A stretch of DNA of 64,000 nucleotides from Lama glama (taxonomy: Eukaryota), in NCBI GenBank assembly GCA_028534125.1, contig CM052817.1, positions 81,036,001-81,100,000 on the forward strand. Reading direction: 5' to 3'. Under the pieces are notes generated by a model. That model was not told the origin of the DNA. It worked only from the letters and a program-made list of their open reading frames with translations, and did not search any database. Numbering within the stretch: position 1 is the stretch's first letter; every line of letters starts with the position of its first letter. Shown one piece after another: positions 1 through 10,990 of the stretch. Position numbers and translations under genes: made by a program.

Positions 1-358
1 GATTAAATTTAAACCTCAGTTGGCACAAAGATGTCTGATGGGAGTCACTTTTGGTAGTCTTTCTTTGACATCCTTTATGATTGTTTTCTACATGTCTATA
101 TTAGCCTACTGCAAACTAAAGTACTTATTTCCTTTTCTGTAAAGTACTTCACTTAGGTAGTGGGGTGAAAACTACACTTGTAGTTTGAAATAGGTTTTTC
201 AGCACCACACCAATTTAGTAGTAAAAAGCTAAGTAGAAAAAAAATGATTTTGACTAATTTACAATTTTAAAAATTATGTTTACTCATCTCTAGACCATCA
301 AAACAAAAAGCAATGTGATATAGAGGCATTTTTCATATATATTACTTTTCTTTTTTTA

Positions 359-1905
359 AAAGAACAAAGCTTGAGGAATAACTCTCCCAGACTTTAGGAA
401 ATACTACAGAGCTACAGTAATCAAAACAGCATGGTATGGGATAAAAACAGACATATGGATCAATGGAACAGAATAGAGAGCCCAGAAATAAATCCACAGA
501 ACTATGGTCAATTAATCTTTGACAAAGGAGGCAAGAATATACAATCAAGAAAAGATAGTCTCTTTAGCAAGCAGTGTGGGGAAAACTGGACAGCTGCATG
601 TAAACCAATTAAGTTAGAACATTCCCTCATGCCATCCACAGAAATAAACTCAAAATGGCTTAAAGACTGAAATATAAGACAGGACACAATAAATCTCCTA
701 GAAGAAAACAAAGGCAAAACACTATCTGACATAAATCTTAGCAATGTTCTCTTACAGCAGTCTACCAGGCAATAGAAATAAAAGCAAAAATAAACAAATG
801 AGACCTAATAAACTTATAAGCTTATGCACAGCAAAGGAAACCATAAGTAAAACAAAATGACAACCTACAGAATGGGAGAAAATATATGCAAACGATGCTA
901 CTGACAAAGGCTTAATTTCCAGAATATATAAACAGCTCATATAACTTAATAAGAAAACAAACAACCCAATCCAAAAATGGGCAGAACCTAAACAATCAAT
1001 TCTTCAACAAAGACATACAAACAGCCATTAGGCAAAAGAAAAAATGCTCAGTATTACTAATTGTCAGAGAAATGCAAGTCAAAACCACAACAAGGTACAC
1101 CAGTCAGAATGGCCATCATTCAAAAGTCCACAAATGATAAATGCTGGAGAGGGTGTGGAGAAAAGGGAACCCTCCTACACTGCAGGTGGGAATGCAGTTT
1201 GGTGCAGCAGTTATGGAAAACAGTATGGAGATTCCTCAAAACTCTAAAAATAGACTTACCCTATGATCCAGCAATTCCACTCCTGGGCATATATCTGGAG
1301 GAAACTCTAATTCAAAAAGATACATGCTCCCCAGTGTTCATAGCAGCACTATATACAATAGCCAAGACATGGAAGCAACCTAAATGTTCATCAACAGATG
1401 ACTAGATAAAGAAGTTGTGATATATTTATACAATGGAATACTACTCAGCCATAGAAAAGAATAAAATAATACCATTTGCAGCAACATGGATGGACCTAGA
1501 GATCATCATTCTTAGTGAAGTAAGCCAGAAAGAGAAAGAAAAATATCATATAATATCACTCATATGTGGAATCTAAAAAAGGAAAAAGAGGACACTAATG
1601 AACTCACCTACAAAATAGAAACAGACTCACAGACATAGTAAACAAACTTATGGTTAACAGGGGAAAGGGAGAGGGAAGGGATAAATTTGGGAGCTTGAGA
1701 TTTGCAAATGTTAGTCACTATATATAAAAATAGATAAAAAAAACTTTTCTTCTGTATAGTATAGGGAACTATGTTCGATAATTTGTAATAACCTTTAATG
1801 AAAAAGAATATGAAAAAAAATTTGTATGTATATGCATGATTGGGGTGTTCTTCTGTACACCAGAAATTGATACATTATAACTGACTATACTTCAATTAAA
1901 AAAAA
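359..1905 (+). mobile_element. LINE-1, 5'-truncated (3' part of ORF2 + 3'UTR + short poly-A), relatively young cetartiodactyl/camelid-type
   Basis: ORF fragments 431-670 ([34 protein letters not shown]) and 1061-1405 ([46 protein letters not shown]) are the L1 ORF2p C-terminus with frameshifts. 3'UTR ends ...gactatacttca-ATTAAA-A-tract at 1895-1905. Confidence 0.95.
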
Positions 1906-2636
1906 GATATAAAAGGACACTTATTACTCTTACTTAGTTGCAAGATTACTCAGAAGCTCCTGAATAATTTATTAGTTCACATTTTTGTATCTATCCTGTT
2001 AATTATTTTTTAACAACTCTTTCCTATAATTATAATTACATGATTGTTAATGTTTTTAGTAAGTCAATAAAGTATCTAAGAATCATACTAAATTGTTCTT
2101 TTTTTTAAACATTTTTCTTATTTTCACTTTTAGGCTATTGTTTCATATTGAAGATTAAAATTTTCTTTTAATTTACTCAGTTTAAAGATAATAAATTTTA
2201 TCTTTTTTCTATTACAGTCATTCATTTTTAAAAGAAACAAACCAAAACACATTGAGAAGTGTAAATGTCAAGACATAAAAGTAAACCTTCATTTGAAAAT
2301 GTATGTTTTATTATATGGGGATATTTCAAATCTCCTTCAATATGTAAAAAGCAAAATAAAACATTAGATAGAATATATTTAAATTCATTCTTCAGTTAGC
2401 ACCCAAGCTTTAGTGGAATATAAAAAGTTTCACTGAGTACAAAAACTTGTTAAATCATTTTCTTCCTGCCAAATATATACATGGCTTAGGGAAACCAATT
2501 TCACCAGATAGTGTGCTCATAAATTTTAAAGTTTTATTGGCACACTGCATGCTACCTATTCTACCAAAAGTCAATAAAAAAAAATCTTAGGGTTTAACAG
2601 TAAGAGAAGTGACGCATGTGGAAAAATAAAGACTAC

Positions 2637-3693
2637 AAAATGAAACCATTAATAAAATGAAAAGGCAACCTATTGAATGGGAGAAAATATTTGCAAATCA
2701 TACATCCCGTATGTGGTTAAAATCCAAAATATATAAAGAACTCATACAACTCAATAGCAGAAAAAAAAGATTAAAAAGTGGGCAGAGAATCTGAATAGAC
2801 ATTTTTCCAAAAAAGACATACAGATGGCCCACATGTACATGAAAAGATGCTCAACATCACTAATCATCACAGAAATGCAAATAAAAACCTCAATTAAATA
2901 CCACCTCTTACCTGCCAGAATGCCTATCATCAAAAAGTCCATAAACAGCAAATGTTGGTGAGGATGTGGAGAAAAGGGAACACTTGTACACTTTTGGTAG
3001 GAATGTAAATTGGTGCAGCCACTGTGGAAAACAGTATGGAGGTTCCTCAAAAAACTAAAAACATCACTACCATATGACACAGCAATTCCACTCCTGGGTA
3101 TGTGTATCCAAAAAAGCCAGAAATATTGATTCAAAAAGATACACGCACCTCAATGTTCACAGTAGCATTATTTACAATTGTCAAGACATGGAAACAAACT
3201 AAGTGTCTATCAACAGATGAATGGAAAAAGAAGATGTGGCATATATGTATTTATATATTTATATACAATGGAATACTACTCACCCATAAAAAAGAGTGAA
3301 ATTTTGCCTTTTGGAGCAACATGGATGGACTTGGAGGTATAATGCTTAGTGAAATAAGTCAAACAGAGAAAGATAAATACTGTATTATATCGTTTATACA
3401 TGGAATCTTAAAAACACAACAAACTAGTGAATATAACATAAAAGAATCAGACACAAATATAGAGAACAAACTAGTTGTTACCACTGGGGAGGGCAATAAT
3501 GGGATGGGGGAGTGGGAGGTACAAACTATTGGGTATAAGATAGGCAGCTCAGGGAATATAGTCAATATTTTGTAGTAACTGTAAATGGAAAGTAACATTT
3601 AAAAATTGCATAAAAACAAAAAAATTTAAAAATCATTATGTTGTACACCTGAAATTAATATAATCTCTATGTCAATTATATCTCAATAAAAAA
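2637..3693 (+). mobile_element. LINE-1, 5'-truncated (ORF2 C-terminus + 3'UTR)
   Basis: aaaaggcaacctattgaatgggagaaaatatttgcaaatc...; ORF 3102-3299 ([33 protein letters not shown]) is the ORF2p end. Ends in AATAAA + A tract at about 3685-3693. The 3'UTR differs from the 359-1905 copy, implying a different subfamily. Confidence 0.93.
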
Positions 3694-6039
3694 GGAATGC
3701 TAAAGGTATTCTGAGAAATTTCAATAAGTCACCGTTCATGTTAAAGAATAACCTTTATCTTCAAATCTAAAAGAAAACATTGCTTCTTGTTCGCTTTCTC
3801 TCTAAAATGGGGCCCTTCTCCTGAAAAATATTGTCTTTCTCTCCCCGACCCCAACATCCCCTTTTGCTACTAATTTTGTATGCAATTTGGTAGGGGACTG
3901 ATGCCTGTGGAAGAAACATTAATCTCTTTTAACTTTCTTTTAGAAAAACACTCCTTACTCCAAGCACAACAAGAACTAGAAAGTATAACCTAAACACAGA
4001 CAGGCCTCTTCATATGAGATTTCTCCGTCTTCCTTTTCAGACCAGCCCTATTCAAAAGATACTTTAAAATAATGAGAAAGCAGTTGGCAAAAAGAAGTAT
4101 AATTCTTATGCCATAATTTCCAGTCAACTACCTCACTCTATTATAGTGTCATTGAAAAAAGGAAAATGGCTATTTTTGCACCCACTACAAGGAAGGAATC
4201 CTGAAAAAATACCAGAAACATTTGACTACCCACTCTTCAGCACTTGGGCAGCACTAGATCGTGGTGTAAAGACAATCTTCCAAAATGCAACAATGGAAAC
4301 CTTGAACAATATCTTTGTGAAGTCAGGACCTCAGGAAGTCAGAGAAACAGAGCTTTCAAAGAAGAGTCTTCCTTTGGAAAGGAATGGTGTGCTTTATTTT
4401 TATTCACACACCTGCTGAAGGGGAACATGATTTTATTTTCAGCCAACTCTCTTTTTCAACTTTTTGGTCCCATACCCATATTCAAGCAACCCTCTCTTAG
4501 AATAATTCTGTCAACCTGCTCTATACTCTCTTCCAAAGTTGTTACAGGTCAAGCTTGAATTTCCCCTTTTGAACTCTGTAATTCTTAAACAGTCATCTGG
4601 ATGGTTTCCTAGCAGTAGCTAGGATTTGTTTGATTCATCTTCCTAGGCTCTTATTTCTCCAGTTGCTAAATTGTTTATTCTTTCAGTATGGCCCTGTGCA
4701 TTGAGGATCATCACTTGTTTGATCAGTTCATTTCCCCCCAATAATATAAAAAATAACTTAGGCTGAAAAAAAGCAAAATGGCTTGCTACTTTTATACTCA
4801 AATCCTTTGATTCTGCACATAAACAGACCTACACCATTACTTTGAGGGAATCATACTGTTGGGAGATTGAGTTAGACTCCTCTATTTATCATGTTCATTG
4901 TTTCTATTGTTTCCCTGTGTCACAGATATTTGAAAATGGAAACAAGAATGGTCTGAAATGGCTTCAATTGAACTTAGGATGTGCAAATCACTCAAAATCC
5001 TATCCTTTGCTGCAGAGTAAGAGCAAACTTCCTAAAGGATTATGTCAGAAGGGGATGGGAATTTCTGGACACTAGGGGAGATATCTGCACTTAAGAGAAA
5101 GAAAAATCATGTTCTGTTCCCACCCACCCCATGAGAGGTCCTCTGTAGCCCCGAGATGGCTTATGGATACTGTAGCTTGCCCAGAAATTTTCCTACTGTT
5201 GCTGTTACACCACAAGCACGAGCCAGGGCAGGGATTTCCATTTTCAATTCCAACCCCACAAAGACAGAATAAACATGTCATGCTAACAGCATAAATAGTT
5301 GATTCTTCGGCTGAAGGGTTTGCGGATTACTGTGGGTTTATCAACCTGAGATTTTTTGTAATAAAAACATAAAAACTAATTTGATATAGTTTTTGTTTAG
5401 TTTTCATATTCAAATAAAACTAGAGATGAAATACTACTTTGTTGAGGGTATAACTAAGGTAAATTACACTTTTACTTGATCTCCTCCTAATTGGAAGGCC
5501 TTAGGGTGTGTGTGTATATGTGTGTGTGTTTTCAGGATATAAGAAAGTAATATAATGTGGTGGTTGCTCAAAGAGGCTGATTTTATGTTTGTGTGAAAGT
5601 AAACTGAAGGAAATTATGAAATTCCTTTTCCAGGAGATTAGGGGTTGCATCTGCTGGGATCTTTATGACAAATTCTGCCTACAGGTAGAGCAGTGAATTT
5701 TGAAGATGTTTCATCGAAGTTTATATCCCCAAGAGTATGTAAAATTGAGTTTGGAAGTCAAAAGAAACAAGGATTCAAAAAGTATATTCCCTTCAAGTAA
5801 GTTAGGTTTCTGACCTTGAATTTCAGTTTCTTCATCTGTAGTTAGTGCTAGAACAGATCAGTGATACTTAACATTTTCTGTTGTATAATACAACCTGGGG
5901 TTGGGGGGCATGGATTTTCTGAAGCCCATCCATTAACTCTCTGGGGTCCATGGTCACCGTTAAATTCTAGGATTAATGACTTCCAGGGTAGCATACAGTA
6001 GCTTGATTCCTCTATTTTAAACATTTTGAGAGTATTAAA

Positions 6040-6316
6040 AAATAAATAGGAGACATCTATTCTCAGGAAGCGACAATCTCATGTGGAAGACACAATGAGC
6101 ACACATACGAAAAAGACCTAGGTATGCTTCATACGGTGGTCGTATCATGGGACGCAATGCGTACTGCACATATGAGGACACAGAACAGAGACATGGAGTC
6201 AGAGAGAGGAAAGCAATACAAGCAGATTCAAGTCAAGGAAAAACTGTTGGGTAGAGGCAAGAAAAGGAACGTGAACAGTCAAAAACTCTGACGAACCGTA
6301 AGTGATGTCAGGCACA
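6040..6316 (-). mobile_element. LINE-2 remnant (left flank of the TACC3 retrocopy)
   Basis: Purine-rich degenerate match to antisense L2 3' region (gacatctattctcaggaagcgacaatctcatgtggaagacac; gtcaaaaactctga...). A similar sequence resumes after 7890. Confidence 0.45.
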
Positions 6317-7888
6317 TTTTCTTTCTTTTTTTACTTACGGAAAACTTTGTTTAGTCTTCTTCTTAAAGCCATTTAGTTTAAACACGAATTGAGGTTAACA
6401 CAGAAGAAAGAACATGAGACTTTCTGACAGGGTCAAAAAGACTCAGACAGACAGACAGACAGGAGGTCAGTCGGGCATTGGTCAGGGACTTACATGTCAG
6501 AGCTTCTCCATCTTGGAAGTGAGGCTGGCACAGATTCCGGTCAGTTCCTCAGTTTCCTTAGTCTTCTGCTTCTCCAGCGGGATGAGCATCCGCTCCTTCC
6601 CCAGGCTGGCCTGGAAGACCAAGGCCTCCACTCGGGCCTTCCGTTGATCGCGACTCGGGCCACCTCCTCGCTTGCCAGCTTGAGTGTCCCTTCTTGGGCC
6701 TCTGGTGCTTGGTATCTTTTCAATTCGTCTGTGTCATCCTCAACTCACGTCTTCAGTGAGTCTCGTTCCTACGCGCGCCTTCATCATCTCCTACTTGTTT
6801 CTCTAACCTAGTGAAGAGGTCAGAGAAAGATTTTGCCATGGAGTTCAGGTCTGCAGGAGGGTGGCCATTCTCTTTCAGAGCCTTCTGGATCTCAGCCTTG
6901 GCAAGTGCGGTCTCTGAGTCTCCTCCATCGCCTGGTGCGTGAACCCCTGCAGCCGGGCCGAGGGCCGGGATCTTCCGCGCATGCAGGTCCTTCAGGCAGA
7001 GCACACCACGCCGGCTCTTCAGCAACAGCGCCTCCTGCGGGGCGTCCACGTCCGCGCTCGGGTCCCCGGCTGTGCGGCGCGTCCGCAAATCCCCGCCCCG
7101 GGCACAGGGCAAGTGGACAAGGACCCTCGAACAGCGCCGACTTCTTGACGGAGGAAGTCCCAAACTGCTCCTCCAGAGAGTCCTCGTCTGCCGGAGCCGA
7201 GGACCTCAGCCAGGCTCGGAGGTGCGCCCCACTCAGGTCCCCTCAGCTCTGGCCCCGGCCGAGGGGGCGGCGCCCGCTGCGTTGCGTTCCTGCTCGCCCG
7301 GGACCCGCGAGTGACGTCCGCTGAGGCCGGAAGCGCCCGCTGCCTCACAGGTGAGTCCTCCGGGGCCGCTGGCCTGGTGCCTCGCTGCTCGGCCACCGCC
7401 CGGCCGGCCTGCTCCGGGGGTCCGGCCTCTCCGCCACCTCCGAACGGGTTACTTAGGGTCGTCCAGCTGGTCCCAGTCCAGGTTGTCGGACCCCGGGGAG
7501 GGGGCTGGGACTCTCACCCGCCTCCTTGGGGCCTTTCCCGGCTTTGCCTCAGGCTCGGGCTAGGAGGGAGATTCGAGGCCAGGTCTCTTCCCCAGCAGCC
7601 TCGGTGGTGGGGGCGGCCTTGTCACACAAGTCACATTCTGGCCTATGGGCTCACGCCTCAAAGCGTCGTCTAGTTGGCCATTGGCCTCTTCCTACAGAGG
7701 ACGTGGGGACACAGACCCTCCAGGCTTCAGAGGGCGGGCGGGGCCGTGTTGTCAGGACCGGAAGTGACCTGGGGGCCAGCGGCCGTGCCAGGCAGGTGTG
7801 CGAGGGGCCCTTCTCTGCCACATTTTCTCTTCTGTTAAGGAAGAAGGAGAACACGTTCTTGAATGTCCTTGAAGATCCAGCCGAGGAG
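6317..7888 (-). pseudogene. TACC3: TACC3 processed pseudogene (5'-truncated, intronless, multiple frameshifts/stops/internal deletions, 3'UTR and poly-A remnant)
   Basis: Minus-strand translation across frames gives PRGSDNLDWDQLDDP/NPFGG (about 7435-7500; TACC3 RGSYHLDWDKMDDPNFIPFGG) and AEVLGSG/DSLEEQFGTSSVKKSAL (7132-7212; TACC3 AEVLGTGAEVDYLEQFGTSSFKESAL). It also gives KAEIQKALKE..ADLNSMAKSFSDLFTRLEKQ and [60 protein letters not shown], the TACC coiled-coil C-terminus, with stop TGA at 6499-6497. A TACC3-like 3'UTR (ctgtctgtctg.., tcatgttcttt) follows, then an A-rich tail at 6332-6317. No introns across parent exon junctions. Confidence 0.93.
6900..7810. promoter_or_regulatory. CpG island lying within the TACC3 retrocopy; candidate promoter
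   Basis: About 49 CpG by hand count in 7021-7440 (420 bp), very GC-rich against an AT-rich, CpG-poor window. GC boxes at 7263-7270 and 7732-7743, TGACGTC at 7312-7318, CCGGAAG at 7327-7333, CCGGAAGTG at 7758-7766. Promoter function is inferred. Confidence 0.7.
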
Positions 7889-7889
7889 T

Positions 7890-8390
7890 TTAATTTAATT
7901 GCCTAGCAATGAGGTACAACTATTAACTGCAGGGTAAATTGCAAAGATGTGATGATAGGAAATACCTCTGGAGGAAATCCTGCATAGACAGGAAAAGAGT
8001 GAGGACAACATACTATGTAGAATGCTCCTTTAATAGTCAAGGGAAAAGCGCAGTCATGGCAGACTGAGCTGTAATTATGCCTGTGGAATTAGAAAAAAAA
8101 AACTACTGATCGAAAAATACTACTGCAAATACAAGGAGTGATGTGGTTATGCATCAGAGAAAATGAAAAGGTAAAAACCGAAATAATCCCAATGTGCCCA
8201 TAATTTAAAAGGGAAAACCCTTAGAGGTGATGAGGACTTCAGATCCAATTGACCCACATGTGGCATGAGAGTCTAGCCTCAGCTTTTGAAGTGGGGAGGT
8301 CTGGAGTATTGATGTGTTAACAAGGTATTCCAATAGTGAAGTCTTGAAGCAAATGGGGCAGAAGTCAGATGATTCAAGTCAGATTCAAGA
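7890..8390 (-). mobile_element. LINE-2 remnant (right flank of the TACC3 retrocopy)
   Basis: Degenerate purine-rich antisense L2-like sequence (…gaggtctggagtattgatgtg…atagtgaagtcttgaagcaaatggggcaga). Confidence 0.4.
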
Positions 8391-9918
8391 AATGTATGCC
8401 TATCAGAAAAGTGACTTTTTCTTACTTGACTTCCTTACTGCTTGGACATGTTCATTTAGAATTTACTTTAGTGCTTGAATTTTTGCCCTTTAAAACAGAC
8501 ATTATTTTTCTAGCATTAATGGCTGGTTATTTAGTCAGCTATTCATTCCTTTGAAAGTCTTGGACAAATAGATATGCTCATGGTAATTGGCATCCCTTCA
8601 ATTTATAATATTTTGTAAAATAAAAATACATTAAGCTTTTTGCTTTTTAGTAAAAGCATTAAGGTATATAAAAAGTTACTAGGAGATTACCAGTCCTTAA
8701 AACCAGCTAGTTATTTTTCCATACTGATTTTTTTTCCACATAGATTGTAAACTGGGACAAATTCTTCCATATGATAGTTATGTCTAGTTTTTTTTTATTT
8801 ACATTGAATATAGTTTTGGGACTAAAGGACACTCTTTAGGCAATGGTAATTCTATTCAAGTCTGTGTTGAAAATATTTACATACTATGAAAATATAAAAT
8901 AAAATGCCTCTCAAAAACCTATTTCTCCATGACTTGAGAACAGTCATCAGAGCATTCTTGAGAGGAAAGGTTAGGGGTTGGTAGACGGATTACATGTGGT
9001 AATTCCAATAGGCAGAATTCCCTATGTGTTTAGATACTTTCCTTATACTATTCCAAGGAATTTTTGACATCTCTGTTTTTTGTAGTGCAGATCAATATTG
9101 AGTCCAAATTTTATTAAAAACTGCCAAGCAAATAAATTAGAACCACTCTCAGCTGCTTGAGCTTGCGGATTGAATTCAGACTCTGGTAAATGCATGTGTG
9201 TGTTGATAAACTCAGCTCAGTTTAAAATTACGGTCTTCCCTATGGTTTAGTTCCCTGAGACTCTATTCCCATATGCATCCTTCAGATTTTATAACTATAT
9301 GTATATATATACATATATGTATATACATATAGTTACAAAATCTGGCAGTTATTTTTTGATACATAAACCTTCTCTTTCCAAGTTTGTCTTTGTAATTGGC
9401 CCTCAAGGCATTCTGGAAACTGTAGTTAAAAGACCTGGATGGGCATGGGTTTTTTATGTTGGCCAGAGATGCTGGTGGAAGTTTATGTATTAAACTGGCT
9501 ACCAGATTTCAAAAGGGAGACCAGAATCCCAGAGTGTCAGAGGCCGAGTAATGGGGCAGAGACCTTAGTTACTGAGGCAGAGGGAAAGCTTATGTTGATA
9601 AGCTGCATGACTGGATGATAATCCAAATCTCTGACCTTGAGAGACACTTGGTGATAATACTCCATCACCAGCTCTCTAAGTCCACATCAGTGGTCCAAAC
9701 TAACCTGTGTAAACACAAATCTAGGTCTCTCTTCCTTTTTTCATATCTTTCCTTAAATATTACCTTCTCTCTAAGACCATCTAGCCATCCTATTTCATGT
9801 GTACATACCCCTATCCAGATCTTTTTTTCTCTAAAGTACATGCTATATCCATCTCCCTTAAACAATAGGATCTCTTGGAAACACGGAAGTTGACTATTCC
9901 TGAGGATGGCCCTAAAGC

Positions 9919-10150
9919 AGGTCCAGCATTAGTGAGGTACTCTTGAAGGGCACACAATTTAAGGAGAGACTAAAAAAACAGTAATCAAGACAGAAAATAT
10001 TTTAATGCAATAATTGAAAAACATCATTAATGTAAAATAATCCATGATGAATAAAATATCAATATTTTAAATAAAGACAGGATTCGTAATAATACTATAC
10101 TGAGCCATATTAGAAATCTAGGCAAAAGGGAAAAACCAGTAATACTGACC
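9919..10150. mobile_element. MER96/MER96B-like hAT-Tip100 DNA transposon fragment
   Basis: cagtaatcaagacagaaaatattttaatgcaat…aatccatgatgaataaaatatcaatattttaaataaagacagga…gagccatattagaaatctaggcaaaagggaaaaaccagtaatactga matches the recalled MER96 arms. Confidence 0.65.
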
Positions 10151-10519
10151 AGTGGTATAGAGTTTTCACAATAGAGTGTGAGTTGCTGCACCTTCTTCCT
10201 GTATCATTAAGAAAGAAGCACAATGTTTGGAGAACATCTTTAGATTTTGGAGAAGACACACACCTATTTTGGGTGGATTTTTCTGACCCATTTACTGGAG
10301 TGCTGCCAAAGCTATGACCTTTCGGTCAAGCTCAGAGCAAGAGAAGTTTCCCTGCCTGGTTCTGGCTGTTCATCTATTTATTTCTGGGGAATTGATGTTA
10401 CTAACAGTTCTGTGGCAGAAAAGGCTCCCCATGGAGTTTGCAGCAAACCCTGATAGAAGAATAGCAGCAGAGGCTCTGGGTTTTTGGAGCAAAGCCACTA
10501 ATTTTCTGTCAAATGATTA

Positions 10520-10990
10520 TTGTCTTCTCTCTACCTCTGAATTTTGGCAATGTGTGTCTCCCAATTTAGAGATATAAATGAAGTACACAGGTTTTTCCAG
10601 CCTTCTGTGCAACTAGGATTTGTGCATGTGAATTAGGACCTGTCAATCAGATATTCTCACCCCAGACTTTGATTTAGGATCTAATGATTGAAAGAAGTAG
10701 ATACCATATACAATTGATTTTGCTATGGGAAGAGGGCTCCTTAGCTTCCAGGCCAACAGTAGCCAAAGTTCTGTTGGCAGTCCCAGGGTCTGCTCACTGA
10801 TGGCAGCAGAGGTGGCTTCACTGAACAGTTCTGTATTGTGATGTCAATGCTGACTGCAGACAGAGCCTACAAACCTAGGTATCTTGTCTTCCTGGAAGCT
10901 GTGTGAGCTATCCAGTGCACTTCAATTTCTTTTCAGGTTAAATTATTTAGAAGGTTGTTTCTGTTACAAGTTTTGACTTACATACTAATG
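10520..10990 (+). mobile_element. Ancient ERVL-class solo LTR (LTR16/LTR33-like)
   Basis: ttccagccttctgtgcaactaggatttgtgcatgtgaattaggacctgtcaatcagat… and the 3' end tgtgagctatccag…ttcaatttcttttcaggttaaattatttagaaggttgtttctgtt resemble LTR16/33 motifs. Confidence 0.55.

Noticed and set aside
342..3598. ORFs of 65-127 aa on both strands
   Set aside because: Sense or antisense fragments of decayed L1 ORF2/3'UTR, not host genes.
4146..4558. 90-aa and 104-aa + strand ORFs after an acceptor-like ttatAG
   Set aside because: Non-ATG starts, no recognisable protein, no convincing downstream donor.
6414..7906. Cluster of overlapping 60-163 aa Pro/Arg/Gly-rich ORFs on both strands
   Set aside because: Expected from stop-poor GC-rich DNA. 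TACC3 homology hops between frames, so there is no intact retrogene protein.
6300..7910. Target-site duplication for the TACC3 retrocopy
   Set aside because: No convincing direct repeat between the tail flank (ggcacatttt) and the 5' flank (tttaatttaattgcc).
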